Assembly (NCBI GenBank): GCA_963713045.1
Contig: CAVQKE010000004.1
Location: forward strand, 96,001 to 160,000
DNA from: an uncultured delta proteobacterium
GTDB taxonomy: Bacteria; Myxococcota; Myxococcia; Myxococcales; Myxococcaceae
Direction: 5' to 3'
DNA length: 64,000 bases
Shown here: positions 26,561-36,294 of the stretch, one piece after another
How positions within the stretch are numbered: position 1 is the stretch's first letter
Layout: each line of letters begins with the position of its first letter
The notes under the pieces: model-generated
Seen by the model: the letters and a program-made list of their open reading frames with translations, nothing else
Databases searched by the model: none
Told to the model about the DNA's origin: nothing
Translations under genes and position numbers: made by a program

Positions 26561-28117
26561 ATGCCAGGCCCCTTCGTCCAGGATGTCGAGATTGCGCGGT
26601 CGCGGGAGGTGGCTCAGCAAGTCATCGAGCCTGTCTTCGACCTCATTCGACGCAACACCACGGTGTCTGTGGAGCGCACGGTGCTGCGGCTGTTTGGCAT
26701 GTCCGACGCGGGTCCGGGTGGTGTTCCGCTTCCCAACGTGATGACCGACCGGCTGAAGGCGGCCGGGGTGCTGAACCGGGGTGCGGCCTATTGGTATGGG
26801 CGTGCCCTGCAGCTCGGCGCGCGCAGTCCGCTGGATGCGGTGGAGCGCATTGCCGCTTTGCCCCGAGAGCAACTTCAACCGCTCTCGGCCGAAGTGGAAG
26901 GCAATCTCCGCCAGGCGGTGCGCCGCGAAGCCAAGTCCGCCACCGAGGAGTTGAGCCGGCGCATCGCCCAGCGGGACGCGCTGCGCGCGCAATTCCCGAT
27001 GTCCCCCGCGCCCCACAAGTACGTCATCGTCGCGACCGGCAACATTTACGACGACGTCGACCAGGCGCGGGCGGCGGCGCAGGCCGGGGCCGACGTCATC
27101 GCCGTCATCCGCAGCACTGCGCAATCGCTTCTCGACTACGTCCCTCACGGGGCCACCACCGAGGGCTATGGCGGCACCTACGCCACCCAAGAAAACTTCC
27201 GCATCATGCGCGAGGCGCTGGACGAGGAGACGCGGCGGCTGAAGCGCTACATCCAGCTCACCAATTATTCGTCCGGTCTGTGCATGGCAGAAATTGCGTT
27301 CTGCGCGGCGTACGAGCGGCTGGACATGCTTCTCAACGACGCGATGTACGGCATCCTCTTCCGCGACATCAACATGCGGCGGACGTTCATCGACCAGTAC
27401 TTCAGCCGCCGCATCTGTGCCTTGGCGGGAATCATCATCAACACCGGCGAGGACAACTACATCACCACCGCCGACGCCTATGACGCCGCCCACACCGTCA
27501 TCGCCAGCCAATTCATCAACGAGGCCTTCGCCCGCCGGGCGGGACTGAAGGACTGGCAACTCGGGCTCGGGCACAGCTATGAGATTGACCCGGCGCGCCC
27601 GCAGACGCTTTTGCTCGAGTTGAGCCAAGCGATGCTGGTGCGGCGCTGCTTTCCAGACGCTCCGCTGAAGTACATGCCGCCGACCAAGCACAAGGAGACG
27701 GACATCTTCTTCAGCCACGCCTATGACGTGATGGCGGACTTGGTGGCCATCTGGACGCGGCAGGGGATTCAGCTCCTCGGGATGATGACCGAGGCGATGC
27801 ACACGCCGCTGCTCGCCGACCGCTACGTCGCACTCAAGTCGGCGGCCTACATCCACCGGGCGGCGCGCGGCATCGACCAGGAGTTTACGGTGCGCGAGGA
27901 CGGTAAAATCGCCGAGCGGGCCCGCAGCGTTTTCGGGCGCGCGATGGAGCTTCTCGATGAGTGCCGGCGGGAGGGTCTGGTGGCGGCCATCGGCCAGGGC
28001 CGCTTCGGCGACGTGAAGCGCACCGAGACCGGGGGCAAGGGCCTGGAAGGGGTGGTGGAGAAAGCCCCGGATTATTTCAATCCCTTCCTTGAGATTCTCG
28101 AAGGAACCTCGAGATGA
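26561..28117 (+). CDS. kamD: D-lysine/beta-lysine 5,6-aminomutase alpha subunit
   Basis: TTVSVERT, VIVATGNIYDD, IAVIRSTAQSLLDYVP, NYSSGLCM, NTGEDNY, KYMPPTK, YFNPF. ATG 26561 chosen. Confidence 0.95.
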   Translation: MPGPFVQDVEIARSREVAQQVIEPVFDLIRRNTTVSVERTVLRLFGMSDAGPGGVPLPNVMTDRLKAAGVLNRGAAYWYGRALQLGARSPLDAVERIAALPREQLQPLSAEVEGNLRQAVRREAKSATEELSRRIAQRDALRAQFPMSPAPHKYVIVATGNIYDDVDQARAAAQAGADVIAVIRSTAQSLLDYVPHGATTEGYGGTYATQENFRIMREALDEETRRLKRYIQLTNYSSGLCMAEIAFCAAYERLDMLLNDAMYGILFRDINMRRTFIDQYFSRRICALAGIIINTGEDNYITTADAYDAAHTVIASQFINEAFARRAGLKDWQLGLGHSYEIDPARPQTLLLELSQAMLVRRCFPDAPLKYMPPTKHKETDIFFSHAYDVMADLVAIWTRQGIQLLGMMTEAMHTPLLADRYVALKSAAYIHRAARGIDQEFTVREDGKIAERARSVFGRAMELLDECRREGLVAAIGQGRFGDVKRTETGGKGLEGVVEKAPDYFNPFLEILEGTSR

Positions 28118-28896
28118 GTTCCGGCAAGCAGCTGATTCGCGCCTATGGAGACCGCCGGGAGGACGGCGTTCTGCAGCTGTCCTTCACGCTGCCGGTGCCG
28201 ATGTCGGAGAAGGCCAAGGAGGCGGCCCGGCAGTACTGCCGTGCACTTGGCCTCGAGGACGTGAAGGTGGCCTCGGCCGAACCGGCGGCCCGGCAGTACA
28301 CCTTTTTCGTCGTCTACGCGCGGAGCCCGGTGGCGCTGGACTACGCAGCCATCGACGTGCCGGAAGTGGTCTTCAAGAAGCTTGGGTTTGACGACTTGAA
28401 TGAGTTGATTCGCACCGAGATTGGCAGAAGGGTGGTGGTCGTCGGAGCCTGCACCGGGACCGACACCCACACCGTGGGCATCGACGCCATCCTCAACATG
28501 AAGGGGTACGCTGGGGACTACGGGCTCGAGCGCTACCCGGGTTTCGAGGCGTTCAACCTCGGCAGCCAAGTGCCCAACGAGGAGCTCATCCGCCGGGCGG
28601 TGTCTCAGCGGGCCGACGCGATTCTCGTCTCTCAGGTGGTGACACAGCGCGACGTCCACAAGGACAACAGCCGGCACTTCATCGACGCGGCGAAGGCGGC
28701 GGGGCTGCCCGGCAAAACGCTGCTTCTCCTCGGTGGGCCGAGGGTTGACCACAAGCTGGCCCTGGAGCTTGGCTTTGACGCCGGCTTCGGCGCTGGCACC
28801 AAGCCTTCGGACGTGGCCAACTTCATCGTCCACGCGTTGCTCAAGCGACTGGACAAGGAGCCGCCCGGCCTTCATTACGAAGGAGAGCCGACGTGA
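28114..28896 (+). CDS. kamE: Lysine 5,6-aminomutase beta subunit (AdoCbl/PLP binding)
   Basis: YGD, QLSFTLP, and [20 protein letters not shown] (DxHxxG plus the PLP Lys); LGGPR; ATGA overlap with kamD. Confidence 0.95.
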   Translation: MSSGKQLIRAYGDRREDGVLQLSFTLPVPMSEKAKEAARQYCRALGLEDVKVASAEPAARQYTFFVVYARSPVALDYAAIDVPEVVFKKLGFDDLNELIRTEIGRRVVVVGACTGTDTHTVGIDAILNMKGYAGDYGLERYPGFEAFNLGSQVPNEELIRRAVSQRADAILVSQVVTQRDVHKDNSRHFIDAAKAAGLPGKTLLLLGGPRVDHKLALELGFDAGFGAGTKPSDVANFIVHALLKRLDKEPPGLHYEGEPT

Positions 28897-29288
28897 ACCA
28901 TCCGAGTGCGCTCCTCCGCGTGCGCCTCAGCAGCCACGACGCCCACTACGGCGGCCAGCTGGTGGATGGCGCCCGACTGCTGGGGCTTTTCGGGGACGTG
29001 GCGACGGAGCTGTGCATCCTTTTGGACGGAGACGAGGGGCTGTTTCGCGCCTACGACAGTGTCGAATTCCTCGCTCCGGCCTTTGCCGGAGACTTTGTCG
29101 AAGCCGAAGGCTGGGTGACGGAGGTGGGGCGCACCAGCCGAAAAATGCGCTTCGAGGCCCGCAAAGTCATTCGGCCGCTGCCGGAGGTGTCGAATTCGGC
29201 GGCGGAGAGACTGACCGAGCCCATCGTCATCTGCCGCGCCACGGGCACCTGCGTGGTGCCCTTGGCCAAGCAGCGGGGAAAGCCTTGA
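28893..29288 (+). CDS. kal: 3-aminobutyryl-CoA ammonia lyase (hotdog fold)
   Basis: [46 protein letters not shown] overlap. Confidence 0.92.
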   Translation: MNHPSALLRVRLSSHDAHYGGQLVDGARLLGLFGDVATELCILLDGDEGLFRAYDSVEFLAPAFAGDFVEAEGWVTEVGRTSRKMRFEARKVIRPLPEVSNSAAERLTEPIVICRATGTCVVPLAKQRGKP

Positions 29289-30109
29289 CGCCATACATCA
29301 TCACCGCGGCGATGGTGGGCGCGGAGACCAGCCGGGCGCAGACACCCTACTTACCCATTACGGCTGCTGAAATTGGCGTGGAGGCGGCTCGCTGCCGTGA
29401 AGCGGGCGCAGCCATGGTGCACGTCCACGTCCGCGAGGCCGACGGCACCCCCTCCCAGGACACGGAACTCTTCCGGGCGGCGGTGCGGGAAATTCGCAAG
29501 CGGTGCGACATTCTCATCCAAACCTCGACCGGGGGTGCGGTGGGGATGGACGTGGACCAGCGGTGCGGGCCGCTCCGCCTCACTGGGGCCGAGCGTCCGG
29601 ACATGGCCACCCTCACCACCGGCTCGGTCAACTTCGGGGATGAGGTCTTCTCCAACCCGCGGCCCTTGGTGCGGGAAATTGCGCGTCGTATCCGGGCCCT
29701 CGGCATCCGCCCGGAGATTGAGTGCTTTGACGCGGGCATGGTGGAGGAGGCGGAGGCCTTGGCCAAGGAGGGGTTGGTGGACTTGCCGGCCCACTATGAC
29801 TTCGTCCTCGGGGTGCCGGGCGCGTTGGGGGCCAGCGAGCGCGCGTTGGACTTCCTCATTGCCTGCCTGCCGCCAGGAAGCACCTTCACCGTCGCTGGCG
29901 TGGGAAGGCACCAGCTGGGGATGGCCGAGCTGGCCAGCCACAAGGGCGGGCACGGACGGGTGGGGCTGGAGGACAACATTTACCTGTCCAAGGGCGTGCT
30001 GGCCAAAGGCAGCTGGGAGCTGGTGGCCGAGGCGGCGCGCCGGGCGCGGGCCGCGGGCCGGGACATCGCCACCCCGGCCATGGCGCGGGAGTTGCTGCGG
30101 CTGGGCTAG
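29285..30109 (+). CDS. kce: 3-keto-5-aminohexanoate cleavage enzyme (BKACE/DUF849)
   Basis: [46 protein letters not shown] overlap start. Confidence 0.92.
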   Translation: MTPYIITAAMVGAETSRAQTPYLPITAAEIGVEAARCREAGAAMVHVHVREADGTPSQDTELFRAAVREIRKRCDILIQTSTGGAVGMDVDQRCGPLRLTGAERPDMATLTTGSVNFGDEVFSNPRPLVREIARRIRALGIRPEIECFDAGMVEEAEALAKEGLVDLPAHYDFVLGVPGALGASERALDFLIACLPPGSTFTVAGVGRHQLGMAELASHKGGHGRVGLEDNIYLSKGVLAKGSWELVAEAARRARAAGRDIATPAMARELLRLG

Positions 30110-30175
30110 GGCGCCGTTGCCTGGGGGGGGTTCATCTCGACGTCCGTAGTCCGCGTGGTGTAGGCGGGGGTTCCC

Positions 30176-31839
30176 ATGGACGCTCTTCTTCTGGCCGGTG
30201 TTGCCCTCCTCCTGGCTTCCAACCCCCCGCCCGCGCCGGACTTAAAACAGCTGGAGAAACTGCAGGCCCAGTACGCACCGGTGGACCTGACGGTGGACGT
30301 TTCCAGCCTTCCAGAGAACGAACAAAAGGCGCTCGCGCGGCTGGTGCAGGCGGCGCGTCTGATGGATGGGGTTTTTCTCCGCCAAACCTGGGCGGGAAGT
30401 CCCTCGCTGCTGCTGGGCCTCGCCCGGGTCTCGACACCGCTGGGAGCGGCCAGGCTGCATTACTTCCTCACCAACGCCGGGCCGTGGGACCGGCTGAACA
30501 ACGACCGGCCCTTCGTCGAGGGCGTGCCGGACAAGCCGGCCGCCGCCAACTTCTACCCCGCGGGCGCAACCAAGGAGCAGGTGTCGGCCTGGGAGGCGTC
30601 TCTCCCCCCGGAGCAGCGCGCGACGGCCGGTGGCTTCTACACCACCATCCGGCGAGCGCCCGACGGAAGCCTGACGGCTGTCCCCTACAGCCTGGAATAC
30701 CAGGGCGAGTTGGCTTTGGCAGCGAGCTCTTGCGGGAGGCGGCCGCTCTCACCACTCAGCCGACGCTGAAGGCCTTTCTCAGCAAACGCGCCGACGCCTT
30801 TGTCAGCAACGACTACTATGCCTCCGACGTCGCCTGGATGGAGCTCGACTCTCGCATTGAGCCGACCATCGGTCCTTACGAGGTTTACGAGGACGAGTGG
30901 TTTAATGCGAAGGCGGCCTTCGAGGCCTTCATCACCGTTCGCGACGACGAGGCCTCCGCCAAGCTTTCCCGTTTTGGGGGCGAGCTGCAGGGGCTGGAAA
31001 ACACCCTACCGCTCGAGGACCGTTTCAAGAATCCGAAGCTGGGTGCGCTGGCGCCGATTCGGGTGGTGAACAGCGTGTTTTCCTCGGGAGATGCGAACCG
31101 CGGCGTGCAGACGGCGGCCTACAACCTCCCCAACGACGAGCGGGTGGTGAAGGAGAAGGGGAGCAAGCGGGTGATGTTGAAGAACGTCCAGGAAGCCAAA
31201 TACCAACGCACGCTGATTCCCATCGCGTTGGTGGCGTTGACCGTGCAGGAGCAGACGCTGGTGTCCTTCGATGCCTTCTTCACCCACATCCTGATGCACG
31301 AGCTGATGCATGGTTTGGGGCCGCACAACATCCAAGTGGACGGCCGCGCCACGACCGTCCGCCAGGAGCTGCAGGACAGCTACAGCGCCCTGGAGGAGGC
31401 CAAGGCGGACATTTCCGGGATGTGGGCGCTGCAGCAGTTGGTCAACCGCGGCGTCACTGACAAGTCCATGGAGCGTTCCATGTACGTCACCTTCCTCGCC
31501 TCGGCCTTCCGCTCGCTGCGCTTCGGGCTGACCGAGGCCCACGGAAAAGGGGTGGCGCTGCAGGTCAATTGGCTCCTCGACCACGGGGCCTACCGGGTGG
31601 AGCCGGATGGGCGCTTCTCGGTGGTGGCAGCAAAAATCCAGGAGGGAGTCCGCTCTCTCACCGAGGAGATTCTTTCCATCCAAGCGAAGGGAGACCGAGT
31701 GCGCGCGCGGGCCCTGCTCCAGCGGTTGGGCGTCATCCGGCCGGAAGTGAAACGGGTGCTCGACCGTCTCGGCAATGTGCCGGTGGACATTGCCCCCCAC
31801 TTCGCCACCGCTGAGCATCTGGCGGCGCAGTTCCCGTAA
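30176..31839 (+). pseudogene. Exported peptidase family M49 (DPP III/NUDT3-like) split by a single-base frameshift at ~30724
   Basis: ORF1 (signal peptide, GPWDRL, NFYP, YSLEY) continues into ORF2 (IGPYEVYED, KRVMLKN, HELMHGLGP, LEEAKAD) if one G is restored at 30724. This may be an assembly error. Confidence 0.85.
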
Positions 31840-31898
31840 GGCTTCCCGCCATTGGGCGGCGTAGGGTGCTCCGGCTCGGCTAGAGTTGCCCGGGTCCC

Positions 31899-32606
31899 GT
31901 GTCCGAACGTCTCGTCGTCGATTCTTTGGGAGTCAGCTTCGGCCGGACCGAGGTGCTGCGTGGCTTGAGCTTTTCGGTGCCCGACGGGTCCAGCATGGCC
32001 GTCATCGGTCCCAACGGCGCAGGCAAGACGGCCCTCTTCAAAGCCCTGATTGGCGCCGTACCCTTCACTGGGACGGTGGTATGGGCCCCCGGTACCCGGA
32101 TTGGCTACGTCCCGCAGCGGCTGGACCTCGAGCGGGACTTGCCGTTGAGTGGGCGCGACTTCCTCCACGCCAAGGGCGCGCTGGTGGGCGCGGGCGAGGC
32201 CGAGGTGGAGCGGGCGACGCGGCTGGTGAACCTCGGACGTGACCTCGCACAGCGCCCCATCGGCAGCCTGTCGGGAGGCCAGTTTCAGCGGCTGCTTCTT
32301 GCCTTCGCGCTGCTCGGGCACCCCAGCGTGCTGCTGTTCGACGAGCCCACCACCGGCATCGACGAGCCGGGCGAGGAGCTCCTCTACGCCACGGTGGAGC
32401 GGCTGCAGCGCGAGGAGAAGCTGACCCTCATCTTCATCTCCCATGAGTTGAGTCTGGTCTACCGGATGGCCGCCTTGGTGCTGTGCCTCGGCCGGCGGGG
32501 CGTGAGCTGCTTCGGCCCCCCACGCCAAATCCTGACTCCGGAAACCCTGGAGCGCACCTACGGGGCTCCCATCCAGCACTACCTGCACGAAGTCCATGAG
32601 CCTTAG
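31899..32606 (+). CDS. Zn/Mn ABC transporter ATP-binding subunit (ZnuC-like)
   Basis: GPNGAGKT, IGYVPQ, LSGGQFQR, DEPTTG, ISHEL, His-rich tail. Confidence 0.9.
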   Translation: MSERLVVDSLGVSFGRTEVLRGLSFSVPDGSSMAVIGPNGAGKTALFKALIGAVPFTGTVVWAPGTRIGYVPQRLDLERDLPLSGRDFLHAKGALVGAGEAEVERATRLVNLGRDLAQRPIGSLSGGQFQRLLLAFALLGHPSVLLFDEPTTGIDEPGEELLYATVERLQREEKLTLIFISHELSLVYRMAALVLCLGRRGVSCFGPPRQILTPETLERTYGAPIQHYLHEVHEP

Positions 32607-33357
32607 CAGCCTCCTGCTCTCGGGAAGCATGGCCATCGCCGCCGGCGTGGTCGGCTGCTTTGCCGTCATGCGGCGGATGACGCTGGCCGCCGACGCCATG
32701 TCTCACATTGCGCTGCCGGGCATTGGGCTCGCGTTGACGCTTCACCTCAACCCGGTGGTGGGTGGGGTGGCGATGCTGTTGGTGGGCGCGTTTCTCATCT
32801 GGGGCTTGGAGAAGCGCACCGGCATCTCCACCGAGACGGTGGTGGGCGTCGTCTTCTCGGCGGCCCTGGCGGTGGGCAGCATGCTGGCCTCAGGCGAGGA
32901 ACTTATCGACGCCCTTCTCGGAAAACCAGGAGCGCTGGACGCCACGGAACTCGCCTTTGGGCTACTCGCGCCGCTGGGGGTGGTGCTCTACCTCGCCCGG
33001 GAACGCAACCAGCTCCTGATTACCCTCGTCTCGCCCGACCTGGCGCGCACGGTGGACATTCCGGTGGACCGACTGAACCTCGGTTTCCTGCTGGCCTTCG
33101 CGGTGACAGTGGCACTGGGGCTGCGCTACCTGGGGGTGCTGCTGATGGGCTCGCTCATCATCATCCCGGCAGCCACCGCCAAGCACTTGGCTGGCAACAT
33201 CCGGACCATGTTTCTGGTGGCGGTGGGGGTGTCCTTGGGCGCCACCCTCGCCGGCAGCAGCTTGGCGGCGGTGCTGCACCGGCCAACCGGGCCAGTCATC
33301 ATCACCGTCGCGGCGGGCTGTTTCTTCATCAGTCTCGCCTGGCGCCGTCCGGTGTGA
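32596..33357 (+). CDS. Zn/Mn ABC transporter permease (ZnuB/ABC-3)
   Basis: GCFAVMRRM, DAMSHIALPG, GVLLMGSLIIIPA, PTGPVI. Confidence 0.9.
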   Translation: MSLSSLLLSGSMAIAAGVVGCFAVMRRMTLAADAMSHIALPGIGLALTLHLNPVVGGVAMLLVGAFLIWGLEKRTGISTETVVGVVFSAALAVGSMLASGEELIDALLGKPGALDATELAFGLLAPLGVVLYLARERNQLLITLVSPDLARTVDIPVDRLNLGFLLAFAVTVALGLRYLGVLLMGSLIIIPAATAKHLAGNIRTMFLVAVGVSLGATLAGSSLAAVLHRPTGPVIITVAAGCFFISLAWRRPV

Positions 33358-33382
33358 CGCAAGGACACGCCTTGACGGCCCG

Positions 33383-35791
33383 CTACTTCTTCTTGCCTCC
33401 GCCGGAGTGGGCTGGCTTGGAGGCGGAAGGGGGCCGCTGACTTTGTGGCTTCGCTGCCGGTTGGGCCTTGGCCGGCGGCCGCGAGGCATGCCCCATGGCC
33501 GACTGGTAACTCTGGTTGCGCTCGTTTCCGCGCTGGCGCGCCTGGTAGTCCGGTTGAATGTTGGAGGGGGCGGCGGGCCGAGCTGCTGGGGCAGACGCTG
33601 GCCGCTGGGCGGGAGCCGCGGGGGTTCCCCCGGGCGACGGGCGCGCTGCCTGGGTGGGCGACGGGGAGGGCCGGGTGCTGGGCGCGCCCGGGGACGACGG
33701 GGTGCCCGGCGAAGGGCGAGCCGCATTCCCACCGGCCGGGCTGGTGCCACCCGCCGGCTTCCAGCCGGAATTGTCGCGCTGCTGCCAGCTGCCGTTGGCC
33801 TGCTGCCGCATCACATTGCCATTCTTGTCGGCGTAGACGTTGTTGGGCATCGGCCGGGCCGTGGCTGGCCGGCCGGTGTTGGACGGCTGGGCGGGGCGCG
33901 GCGCGACGACGGCATTGGAGGTGCCGGGACGCTGGTAGAGGCTGGCCTGGGGGGGCCGACCGCCAGGGTAGCCCCCGTAGGGAGGCCGGCCACCAGGGTA
34001 ACCTCCGGGCGGGTAGCCCGCGGGGGGCCGGTAGCCGGGTGGCGGCCGGTAGCCATAGCCCGGCCCATAGTAGGGGGGCGGGCGGTAGCCGCCCGGCCCA
34101 TACCAGCCGCCGCCGTAGGGCGGCCGCCACGGGGGGCGGTAGTAGGCGCCGCCCCAGGTGGTGCCGAAGGACAGAAAGCCGGCACTCACGCCGACGCCGT
34201 AGCTCCAGCCTGTCCAGGGGTTGTAGTGGACGCTGAAGCCCCAGGTGACGGGGCGCGGGTAGTAGACGACCGGCGAGACGTAGGCCGGGTAGACGTAACC
34301 GGTGCCGTACACCACCGCGCCATTCCAGGTGTAGCAGCCCACGTAGCCGGGCGTGTAGCCGACGTACACCACCTGCGGCGTGGCCTGGTAAATGGTGACG
34401 TACTTGACGTTGTACACCGGGCTCGCCGGCGGAATGGTTTGCACCGCTTGCGGCACCGAGGTGGCCACTGCCCAGGGCCCCTGCGGCCCTGGCGCCACGT
34501 ACCAAACGGCGTTGACGCAGGCGTAGTACGCCCCGTCAATGAGGAGCACCGAGGAAGCGCTGTTGACGGCGTAGGACATGCTGGTGCTGGGAATGGGCTG
34601 AAAGTTGGGCTGCCCGTCGTACTGGACGGAGGGCGCCGGCGCGTCGCGCTTCACCTCGGCCGTCTGGGGAATTTGCGCGTCGATGATGGCCTCTTTGGCC
34701 TGGGTGGTTCCGGAGACGAAGGCCAACACGTCGCCCTTGGGCGAGGTGGCAGGAATTCTTGCGAAGTCCGGGGGCAACTGGTCCGAGCGGACGAACGTCC
34801 AAGGGCCGGCGAAGCCGGTGCTGGAGTACCAGCGCCCGGCCAAAACAATGAAGAGCTTTTGAGAGGCGACGTCCCGGAAGATGTTGTCCTCGCTGTTGGT
34901 GACGTAGAGGAGCTGGGTCCCGTTGAGGGGCGCGAAGTTGGGTACCCCATTGGTCACCAACAATTCGGTGGGCTCGGTGACCACCAGGATGGCCGGCGGC
35001 GGGCTGTCCGAGGGAGGGGGCGCGCTCTGGTCCTCCTTGTCGCCGCGGAGCACCACCGCGGCCACTTCGGGCGGCGGCTTGGGGATGACTTCCCAGGGAC
35101 CGGCGAGAAGGTCGGCTGTCTGGTACCAGATTGCGCCGTTGGTGAGGTAGTAGCGCTGGGCGGTCGGGTCGAAGAAGAGCGGGTAGGGCGTGTTGACGAC
35201 GCTTTCGATGCCCGAATTCTCGATGGGCTTGCGAATGGGTTGACCATCGAGGACCACCAACACGGTGGGCTGGGAGGCGACGAGGATTTTGGGCGGGGCG
35301 GCTTGCAGGTCGTCCGAGGCCTTCCGTTCGTCTTGCACCTGCGCCAGCGCGGCCGTCAGGCCGTCGAGAGACAGCGAGAGGTCCCATTTTGGGGCCTCAC
35401 GTTCGATGTCCGCGGCAAAGTGCTGCTCGTCATTTTCCGTAGCATCCGGAAGTCGAAGCCGCGCCACCTTGACGCCAAGCACCTGCACCACCCGCTGGTC
35501 GCGGTCGATGTTGACGTTGGAGGTGAACCAAAAGGCGCCGAAGATGGGCTCGGTCTTTCCGTTGGGAGTTAAAGAAAACGCGGCGCGTCCGCTGAGGGTG
35601 CTTCCCTGAAGGGCCTCCGGCTGCGGCTCATAGACGACGATGGTGCCTGCGGCCGAGTCAATCCGTCGGGGCCAGTCGGTCGTCGCGTCTGGGGCAGCCC
35701 CGGCCAACCGAGTGGCGGCCAGCTGGGCCACCAGGGCGACGGCCAGCAGGGGGCGGTAACTACCCATGGTCGACCTCAGTCCCAGTTTCAT
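33383..35791 (-). CDS. Large secreted protein with a Pro/Gly/Tyr-rich low-complexity C-terminus
   Basis: Signal peptide, WPR...VYEPQ, VVNTPY, YVTNS, AGRWY, PQTAEV, IPPASPVYNV, then YRPP/GYPGG repeats and NNVYADKNGNV. Confidence 0.8.
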   Translation of the reverse strand: MKLGLRSTMGSYRPLLAVALVAQLAATRLAGAAPDATTDWPRRIDSAAGTIVVYEPQPEALQGSTLSGRAAFSLTPNGKTEPIFGAFWFTSNVNIDRDQRVVQVLGVKVARLRLPDATENDEQHFAADIEREAPKWDLSLSLDGLTAALAQVQDERKASDDLQAAPPKILVASQPTVLVVLDGQPIRKPIENSGIESVVNTPYPLFFDPTAQRYYLTNGAIWYQTADLLAGPWEVIPKPPPEVAAVVLRGDKEDQSAPPPSDSPPPAILVVTEPTELLVTNGVPNFAPLNGTQLLYVTNSEDNIFRDVASQKLFIVLAGRWYSSTGFAGPWTFVRSDQLPPDFARIPATSPKGDVLAFVSGTTQAKEAIIDAQIPQTAEVKRDAPAPSVQYDGQPNFQPIPSTSMSYAVNSASSVLLIDGAYYACVNAVWYVAPGPQGPWAVATSVPQAVQTIPPASPVYNVKYVTIYQATPQVVYVGYTPGYVGCYTWNGAVVYGTGYVYPAYVSPVVYYPRPVTWGFSVHYNPWTGWSYGVGVSAGFLSFGTTWGGAYYRPPWRPPYGGGWYGPGGYRPPPYYGPGYGYRPPPGYRPPAGYPPGGYPGGRPPYGGYPGGRPPQASLYQRPGTSNAVVAPRPAQPSNTGRPATARPMPNNVYADKNGNVMRQQANGSWQQRDNSGWKPAGGTSPAGGNAARPSPGTPSSPGAPSTRPSPSPTQAARPSPGGTPAAPAQRPASAPAARPAAPSNIQPDYQARQRGNERNQSYQSAMGHASRPPAKAQPAAKPQSQRPPSASKPAHSGGGKKK

Positions 35792-35950
35792 TTGCCTGAC
35801 ACAGACGCAGGCGGCGCCCCTTTAATCACATCCCCCCATCTGGAGGCGACGGCGGCTGGCCGCCACCGGGCGCGTCGGCTGTTGTAGCTTTCTCCGGCCC
35901 GGCTCCAACCCTCCGGGCAAAGCCCCCCAGCTGCTGGAGGAAGACAACCG

Positions 35951-36232
35951 ATGAAGAAGACGCTCATGCCGCTGGTCTTCGCACTTGGCCTTGGAGTTTC
36001 CCTGTTGCCTCTCGCAGCGCGGGCTGAAACGACGGCCGAGGAGAGGGCGGCGCATCCGCGCATCGCTCAGGCAATTGATGACCTCGACGCAGCCATCCAG
36101 TACCTGCAGGCGGCTCCGCACGACTTCGGCGGTCACAAGCAGGCCGCCATCAACGCCAGCCGCAATGCCCAGAAGCAACTCCGCGAGGCGCTGAAGTACC
36201 GCGCCCAGGTGGACACCGCGCACGGCCATTAG
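35951..36232 (+). CDS. Small secreted helical protein with an HDFGGH motif
   Basis: GGAGG SD, signal peptide (ARA-E), HPRI...APHDFGGHKQAAI. Confidence 0.75.
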   Translation: MKKTLMPLVFALGLGVSLLPLAARAETTAEERAAHPRIAQAIDDLDAAIQYLQAAPHDFGGHKQAAINASRNAQKQLREALKYRAQVDTAHGH

Positions 36233-36294
36233 CCGACGCGCCCGTCGCTGCACCATTCAGACGTCCAGGCAGCCCAGGCTGCGAGGTGCTGCTT

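Noticed and set aside
28733..30109. 458-aa ORF overlapping kamE and kal
   Set aside because: Only the part from TTG 29285 is Kce; the upstream part is an alternate frame of other genes.
33407..35572. 721-aa + strand ORF and other long antisense ORFs (e.g. 24287-26401, 42650-44038, 49843-51390)
   Set aside because: Shadow frames of well-supported opposite-strand genes, expected in high-GC DNA.
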